Source: Syntrophorhabdaceae bacterium
Lineage (GTDB): Bacteria > Desulfobacterota > Syntrophorhabdia > Syntrophorhabdales > Syntrophorhabdaceae
Assembly (NCBI GenBank): GCA_963665295.1
Contig: OY762209.1
Span: 1,696,001-1,760,000, forward strand
Length of the DNA stretch: 64,000 nucleotides
Direction of reading: 5' to 3'
Within the stretch, counting starts at the first letter, position 1. Each line of letters begins with the position of its first letter. The notes under the pieces are model-generated. The model was not told where the DNA came from and searched no databases. It saw only the letters and a program-made list of their open reading frames with translations. Below are positions 58,646 to 64,000 of the stretch, piece after piece. The position numbers were made by a program, and so were the translations under genes.

Positions 58646-60338
58646 GCTGAGGATCACAGGCACCGGGGACAAGGACATCCGGAGAGGGCCCTTAGCGGTG
58701 AAGGACAACCTGCCATCTGCCTTTCGCCGGGCGGGGTGCGCCAGGTTCATCTCCGCTTTCGACATGCTGAAGACCGGGTTCGGCCCAATCATCACGGCCG
58801 GTCCCGTGTCTGCGCCCCTTATGATCGATTTGCCGGCCAGGCCAATGGATGATGTGGTGGAGGCGCAAATGCCCGACGCCATAATCAGTGCGCCCCGCAA
58901 CAGGGGATGTGGCACGCAGCAGGGCGGGCAACATGGGAATCCGCCAAAGGAGAAGGGCGTGGATTTCGTGTCACCCCTCTCTGTGGTGACGTCCACGGAC
59001 CGGCCGTGCGCCGGGACCCGTGGGTTGACCGGCGGCCGTATATGGGCCGCGCCGGGTGTGGCTGTACCAGGGGATACCCGCATATTACAGGCGACGGAAA
59101 CGTGCGGCCGTGACGGGCAATCCCGAAGAAGGGAGCCCACCGGATGCACGGGCATCGATACGGGGAGGGACCGGGCATGTCACGAGCCTGTCCTGTTCCT
59201 CGATAGGCGGGCGGCCGCGCCTCGGGTGACGGAGAAAGGCGTGACGAGTTGGATGGTCCCGAAAAACCCGGGCAGGACGTCTTCCAAAGTCCGTGTCCCG
59301 GCCATGGACAGGGTGGAGACGGAGGCTCGGGAGCCTTCCGGGTATCGCACCCGGTCCGGAGGATTGGGCGAGGCTGCCAACGGGACTGTCCGCCTCTTTG
59401 CCCCCTCTCCCGTCGCCCGCCTTGACGCGGGTGCGCCCAGACCCGAACACCGGTCCAGGTCCGGCAATATTGAAACAAGGGGCGTCAAAACAAGCCTTGC
59501 AGTCGATAGGCGGGCGGCCGGGACGGACCGGATCAGCCGGGCCTTTTCGAAATCCCCCAACCAGGCCAAGGAAGCGCTTGTGCATCAAATTCCCGCGCCG
59601 AGCCGCATCCTTCGGGAAAGAGGGGGCGTCCGGCACGTCGAGCTCCCGGAATTGAAGGGTGGAGAGGGGGCAAGGACGCCTGAAGGCTTCCGGAGAAGGA
59701 CCTTTGCCTCGTTGAGGGAGGTATTTCGTGTTGAAAGGGAAAAACTTCCTGCGAAAGGAAGAGCGGGTTTGGACGTCTTCGGGGAATTCCGGGACCCCGG
59801 GATGGCGGGGGCATACCAAACGATGGTGAAACAGGACAAGGGAGAGGTTTACAGGAAGGGTTATGACCCCATGTCCTTCCATGAACAATACGGTCTCCGG
59901 GGCAAGGTCCCGGAGTCGTCCCGTGTTATCGGCTCTCAGAAAACGGGCTCGACCGACCGGTTCGGGCGAATGGGCGTCCCTCCTCTTCGCGAGGGGGCGC
60001 ACATCGTGCCCGTGAAGAAAGACGTGAGGTCCGCGGTTATCGAGGTCCACGGGACGATTGAGACCACAGGGCTTATAACGGGCTATGCCGCGGGCACGGA
60101 CTATGTGCCCCGGACAGGCCTCTATCAGCTCCACAAAGGCGAGGCGGTAATACCCGCGAAAGAAAACAGGCGGGGCGGTTCGGGCCGTTCGGAGGACCCG
60201 CGCTCCCCGGCACCTTCCATTATCCTGTCGCCGGGGGCCATAGTCATCAATGGCGCCGACAAATCGCCCGAGGAACTGGCCCGCCTCATCGTAAAGCCTC
60301 TTGACAGGGAACTCAAAAGACTGGGGTATAGGTCATGA
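58638..60338 (+). CDS. Tape-measure-position protein, strongly degenerate interior
   Basis: TMP-like start MAELRI and end GYAAGTDYVP.TGLYQLHKGEAVIP...; the interior is Arg/Pro/Gly-rich rather than helical. Confidence 0.65.
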   Translation: MAELRITGTGDKDIRRGPLAVKDNLPSAFRRAGCARFISAFDMLKTGFGPIITAGPVSAPLMIDLPARPMDDVVEAQMPDAIISAPRNRGCGTQQGGQHGNPPKEKGVDFVSPLSVVTSTDRPCAGTRGLTGGRIWAAPGVAVPGDTRILQATETCGRDGQSRRREPTGCTGIDTGRDRACHEPVLFLDRRAAAPRVTEKGVTSWMVPKNPGRTSSKVRVPAMDRVETEAREPSGYRTRSGGLGEAANGTVRLFAPSPVARLDAGAPRPEHRSRSGNIETRGVKTSLAVDRRAAGTDRISRAFSKSPNQAKEALVHQIPAPSRILRERGGVRHVELPELKGGEGARTPEGFRRRTFASLREVFRVEREKLPAKGRAGLDVFGEFRDPGMAGAYQTMVKQDKGEVYRKGYDPMSFHEQYGLRGKVPESSRVIGSQKTGSTDRFGRMGVPPLREGAHIVPVKKDVRSAVIEVHGTIETTGLITGYAAGTDYVPRTGLYQLHKGEAVIPAKENRRGGSGRSEDPRSPAPSIILSPGAIVINGADKSPEELARLIVKPLDRELKRLGYRS

Positions 60339-62521
60339 AGACCTTTCCTGCAAATTTTACCGCAGAAAAGGACAGGAAGACAGGCGCGGCCCCCGTGTGG
60401 ATACTCAAGTGCCCTTTCACAACCGGCACCGTCTATCTGAGCGACATGGTCTTTTCCCTTTCGTCCTGGAATGGGGGTATCACCACGAAGTCGTGGGTAA
60501 AAGAGTGGGGCGTGATCGATGAGGACATCTCCGGAGACCTGAGCCTCACCAAGGTGTCCGATTTCTCACTGGAGGTGATTATAGACCCCCACGCCTCGCC
60601 TCACATCGAGACGATCCTCGACGACCCCGCGAACAGTATCGAAACCACGGACATTGAACTCTACCTGTGGTTTCGGGGCCTCGATCCTTCGACGGACCCG
60701 CCCCAATTGATGTGGGTCGGGAACATCACGGACTACACAAAGCTCAATGAACTGGTCTACCGGCTCGATCTCGTGGACCAGTCAATGAAGCTCAACAAAT
60801 ACGTGGGCACCCTTCTGAACCAGGACCTTTTTCCGAGGATGGACCCGGCCGACGTGGGGAAGACAGCCAACATCATGATGGGGGAGGTGAAAGGGGTCCC
60901 CTGCCACGCGATAATCGCCGGGGGTGTGAGCACTCTCACCCAGGATATGAGCGCAACCTTTACAGGTACGAGGACCGTTGCGGACGGTTCACGGTTTCCC
61001 GACACGGATACCTTCTGGGTGAAGATAGGAGACGAGATCATCCGATGCTCCGGAGCGAGCGCCACCTATATCTACGTGACTGCCAGGGGAGAATACAACA
61101 CGACCCCCGCGGCCCATGGGATGGATGAGACCGTGATCGAATACACCCCGTCCGGTTTCACGTACCTCGTGGCCGATCACCAGGTTATCGATATCGAAAA
61201 TATCTATGTGGACGGGGAACTGGTGACAGAGGGCGTGACAAAGTATCCGTCCGGCCACGGCGCATGGACCACGAAGGCACAGGTTCTCCTGGCCCATGGC
61301 CCCTATAACCCCAACCCGGAGTATCTGAGCCCTGCGAGTACGGAGAGCAACAACATGACTGCGGGAAACCCCTCATACGCGATCGACGGGGATGAACACA
61401 CCCGCGCCGCATTCCCTGTGGCAGGCTATACCGCTTGGCTCCAGATCAACTTTTCCGCATCCCCGAGGAAGGATACGGTGATAAAACAGGAAGTGGAAGT
61501 ACTTCTTGAAGTGCCCTCGGGGTTGACTATTACGGTTACAGGGTGGACGCCCTCAAGCGTGGCCAACACGTCGGGCGTGAAACGGATGACCTTCACAAAG
61601 ACGGGCGGGGCGAGGACCGACCCCATTAACTTCACCAAGGCCACAAGTGCTCAGCCTGCGGGATACATCTACGAGGTTAAGCCCAAAAAGGTCTACGCCT
61701 ACAAGATCAGCCCGGGGGCCGGGACGGCCGCGAAAGTCAGCGTGGGGAGCGTGGTCACGGCGGATGTCCTCGCGACGGCCACGAACCTCCATTATCCGGA
61801 CATGGTGATCAGGAATTTCTTGAGCACCTATGGGGGATGGCCGGCCGACAATTTCGTTACCGACGTAGCCGCCCTGTTTGTCGCAAAGGGGTACCGGCTT
61901 TCCGTGGTAATCAACGAGTACAGGACCCTCAAGCAGTGGCTTTCAAGGATGGCCTTTCAGTGCCGGTGCTACTTCCGTTTCGCCCACGGCAAGGCGTACC
62001 TCCTCTATCGTCCCGACGCGATCACGAGCGGCAAGACGATCACCGACGCCATGGTCCGCATGGAAGAGAATTACAAGACCACGGTAAGGCTCGAAAGGTC
62101 CCGCCTCGATGAGGTGATAAACAAGATCAACCTCAGATTCTGTCGGGACTGGGCAAAATCGGGCAATGCCGCCTACAGGTATCTCTGCCGGGGGGACTCG
62201 ACCCACACGGACGGCTACGATGCGGCGAGCGTGACCCGCTATGGAGAAAAGGAACGGGCTGATCTCTTCAACTTCGATTTCGTGACCGTCTCCGCCATGG
62301 CCCGGGACCTCCAGGCCTTTTATCTGGCCCGGTATAAGGACAGAAAGCGGATCGTGACCGTGGAGGTCTTTCTTGACAACGGGGAACTTGAATTCGGGGA
62401 CGGCGTCGCCTTCGCTTCCATGGGAGATATGGCCGGGGAAGTCCAAAAGGTAAACATCACACCCGGAAGCGGGAGGGACATGAGAAACGACAAAATACAG
62501 TTAGTGATAAAGGAGTATTGA
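60335..62521 (+). CDS. Tail tip/hub-like protein
   Basis: 728 aa, ATGA-coupled to the TMP; C-terminal INKINL...SVTRYG...LEFGD pattern of siphoviral tail-tip proteins. Confidence 0.7.
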   Translation: MKTFPANFTAEKDRKTGAAPVWILKCPFTTGTVYLSDMVFSLSSWNGGITTKSWVKEWGVIDEDISGDLSLTKVSDFSLEVIIDPHASPHIETILDDPANSIETTDIELYLWFRGLDPSTDPPQLMWVGNITDYTKLNELVYRLDLVDQSMKLNKYVGTLLNQDLFPRMDPADVGKTANIMMGEVKGVPCHAIIAGGVSTLTQDMSATFTGTRTVADGSRFPDTDTFWVKIGDEIIRCSGASATYIYVTARGEYNTTPAAHGMDETVIEYTPSGFTYLVADHQVIDIENIYVDGELVTEGVTKYPSGHGAWTTKAQVLLAHGPYNPNPEYLSPASTESNNMTAGNPSYAIDGDEHTRAAFPVAGYTAWLQINFSASPRKDTVIKQEVEVLLEVPSGLTITVTGWTPSSVANTSGVKRMTFTKTGGARTDPINFTKATSAQPAGYIYEVKPKKVYAYKISPGAGTAAKVSVGSVVTADVLATATNLHYPDMVIRNFLSTYGGWPADNFVTDVAALFVAKGYRLSVVINEYRTLKQWLSRMAFQCRCYFRFAHGKAYLLYRPDAITSGKTITDAMVRMEENYKTTVRLERSRLDEVINKINLRFCRDWAKSGNAAYRYLCRGDSTHTDGYDAASVTRYGEKERADLFNFDFVTVSAMARDLQAFYLARYKDRKRIVTVEVFLDNGELEFGDGVAFASMGDMAGEVQKVNITPGSGRDMRNDKIQLVIKEY

Positions 62522-62955
62522 TGGCATTACCGGCAGATTCGGACTGGGGTGAAAGCGCCTGGGGAGGCTTCCTGTACGGAGCGGGGGGCCGGGGGATATT
62601 CGGCCATCCTGCCGATGATCCCACGGTGACGGTCGCAGTGAGGGTGCTCAGGGCATATCGTGACCCCGTGAAGAAGAAACAGCCCGTGGACTATTCCAAC
62701 GGGAACGACCCCTACATCTACGACAAGGGACTTACGGAGTATTCTTTCGTCGCACCCCTCAAGCTTTCCAGGGCGGATAAGACTGCGCTCAAAGCGTTTT
62801 ACGATACCTCGGCAAACGGCAAGGCCAACCAGGTCTATTACGCCGATCCGGAGGGAAATGAGCACGTGGTGCGCATCATGAACGATGAATTCGACTTCCC
62901 CGAAGAGGCATATGACAAATTCACGGGAACTCTCAACTTACGCAAGGAGGGATAA
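62521..62955 (+). CDS. Distal-tail (Dit/lambda gpM-like) protein
   Basis: ALKAFY....GKAN..YY.DP.G..HVVR pattern; AAGGAG RBS. Confidence 0.55.
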   Translation: MALPADSDWGESAWGGFLYGAGGRGIFGHPADDPTVTVAVRVLRAYRDPVKKKQPVDYSNGNDPYIYDKGLTEYSFVAPLKLSRADKTALKAFYDTSANGKANQVYYADPEGNEHVVRIMNDEFDFPEEAYDKFTGTLNLRKEG

Positions 62956-64000
62956 ATGGGATACGACGAAACAACAAATTTGAAGCTCAAGAAACCCACG
63001 GTGGGCACGGTGAAAACCGAGTGGCCCGGCTATATTAACGGCAATTTCGACACCTTGGACGCAGAGGTAGCCTCCCGGCACAAATCGGGAGACACATTCC
63101 CGGAGAATATAGTTCCCGACGCCGACAATACCCGCTCCGTAGGCTCGGCGATCAGGCGGTTTCTCGGCGGCTTCTTCAACGAGATTACCCTGGGCGGCGT
63201 GACGCGTTCGACTTGGCCATCTCCCGGATCAGGATCACAGAGCATGGACGATACGTATAACAACGGGAGTCAGGTGGATGTGGACAACACGGACGAAGTG
63301 CGCCGCCTGGGAGCGGGCAAAAAGTGGAAACTGGTGAACGCTGACGGGTCAATCACCTACATGGAAGCGGAGGGAGGGGCCGGGATTACCCTCACCCCTC
63401 ACAATGACGTAACCCATGCCAATGAGATCGCCGGTGCGCGATTCGGGGAGTGGAGCCAGGGAACCCTCGAAAACGTGGGGGCTGATCTCGCCTCGAACGG
63501 GGGATTCACGGCCGATACAACGGGCTGGACCCCTGACCTTGCCGCCCTTGCGAGCATAGCCGGGGGGCAAAGCGGAAACTGCCTCGAATTGACCCGGTCG
63601 AGTTGGAGCATTCAGACGGCAAGGACAGCGCTGACAGGGCTCACCATAGGGAAGCTGTACCGGATGACCGTGTATGTCAAGAGCGGTACTTCCGGCAATG
63701 AACCGTTCAATATATCCGTCCTCGATGCTTCGGGCGCTACGCGTTATGGTCTCACATCCGGAGTATCATCCGGTTCCTGGGTGTCATATTCAGTGACAAT
63801 CACCGCCCCCGCGACAACCGCCATGCTCTCCCTGGAGAAGAACACCGCCACTGCCGGGACCATGCTGTTCGATTCGGTATCCTTCTACGAAGTGACGCCC
63901 GGCTGCGTGGGAGCCGACACTAAAGGGCCTGATGGCTGGCTCAAAAGCGTGGGACTGACAATCTACAGGGAGCATCCGGGGACAAACACGCAAAGCGGGT
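62956..64000 (+). CDS. Tail fibre/receptor-binding protein with carbohydrate-binding-like module (truncated by window end)
   Basis: Open from ATG 62956 (AAGGAGG RBS) to the window end: TTNLKLKKP..W...IN.NFD.LD N-terminus, then NGGF..GW..LYRMTVYVKS..W..YSVT..FDSVSF. Absent from the ORF track because it has no stop. Confidence 0.75.
   Translation, partial: MGYDETTNLKLKKPTVGTVKTEWPGYINGNFDTLDAEVASRHKSGDTFPENIVPDADNTRSVGSAIRRFLGGFFNEITLGGVTRSTWPSPGSGSQSMDDTYNNGSQVDVDNTDEVRRLGAGKKWKLVNADGSITYMEAEGGAGITLTPHNDVTHANEIAGARFGEWSQGTLENVGADLASNGGFTADTTGWTPDLAALASIAGGQSGNCLELTRSSWSIQTARTALTGLTIGKLYRMTVYVKSGTSGNEPFNISVLDASGATRYGLTSGVSSGSWVSYSVTITAPATTAMLSLEKNTATAGTMLFDSVSFYEVTPGCVGADTKGPDGWLKSVGLTIYREHPGTNTQSG

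Larger units (their letters stand above)
47289..64000 (+). mobile_element. Mu-like phage late (lysis-head-tail) module; defective or domesticated prophage, continues past the window
   Basis: About 20 co-oriented genes in Mu-like late order; no transposase, integrase, repressor or replication gene in the window. Confidence 0.88.

Noticed and set aside
47289..64000. Tailocin, contractile injection system or encapsulin
   Set aside because: Terminase, portal, protease and capsid are all present and there is no sheath or baseplate wedge gene.
1..64000. tRNA, rRNA, IS transposase or integrase genes
   Set aside because: None recognised by eye on either strand; a tRNAscan/ISEScan run would be needed to exclude them formally.

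Overview
This is a GC-rich bacterial chromosomal window. The gene content suggests an anaerobic Gram-negative organism, possibly Desulfobacterota-like; that is inference only. 1-47 kb carries host genes. These include a putative operon with a 37-aa tandem-repeat protein and a HExxH+vWA protein, HD-GYP and PAS signalling proteins, a degenerate purple-acid-phosphatase-like protein, glucan phosphorylase and the NifU-like/GGGtGRT pair. They also include a tonB/nikR locus with three NikR-type operators, a TonB-dependent receptor/ABC/methyltransferase/CooT cluster, and a cobalamin-riboswitch-controlled btuBFCD-like operon with cobO. Two non-fumarate flavin reductases (one next to MmgE/PrpD), an orphan motB-motA pair and several hydrolases complete this part. 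From 47.3 kb to the window end is a Mu-like (DUF935 portal) late module with a non-contractile tail: lysis, terminase, portal, protease/scaffold, capsid, neck, tail tube, frameshifted chaperone, tape-measure locus and tail tip/fibre. It starts directly beside a host gene, with no transposase, integrase, repressor or replication genes in the window. It has lost gpF and half of gpG, and its tape-measure gene is strongly eroded but still open. It is the best candidate for an undescribed system (domesticated prophage or gene-transfer-agent-like element), but a decaying prophage remnant cannot be excluded. All family assignments come from motif recognition by eye, not database searches.
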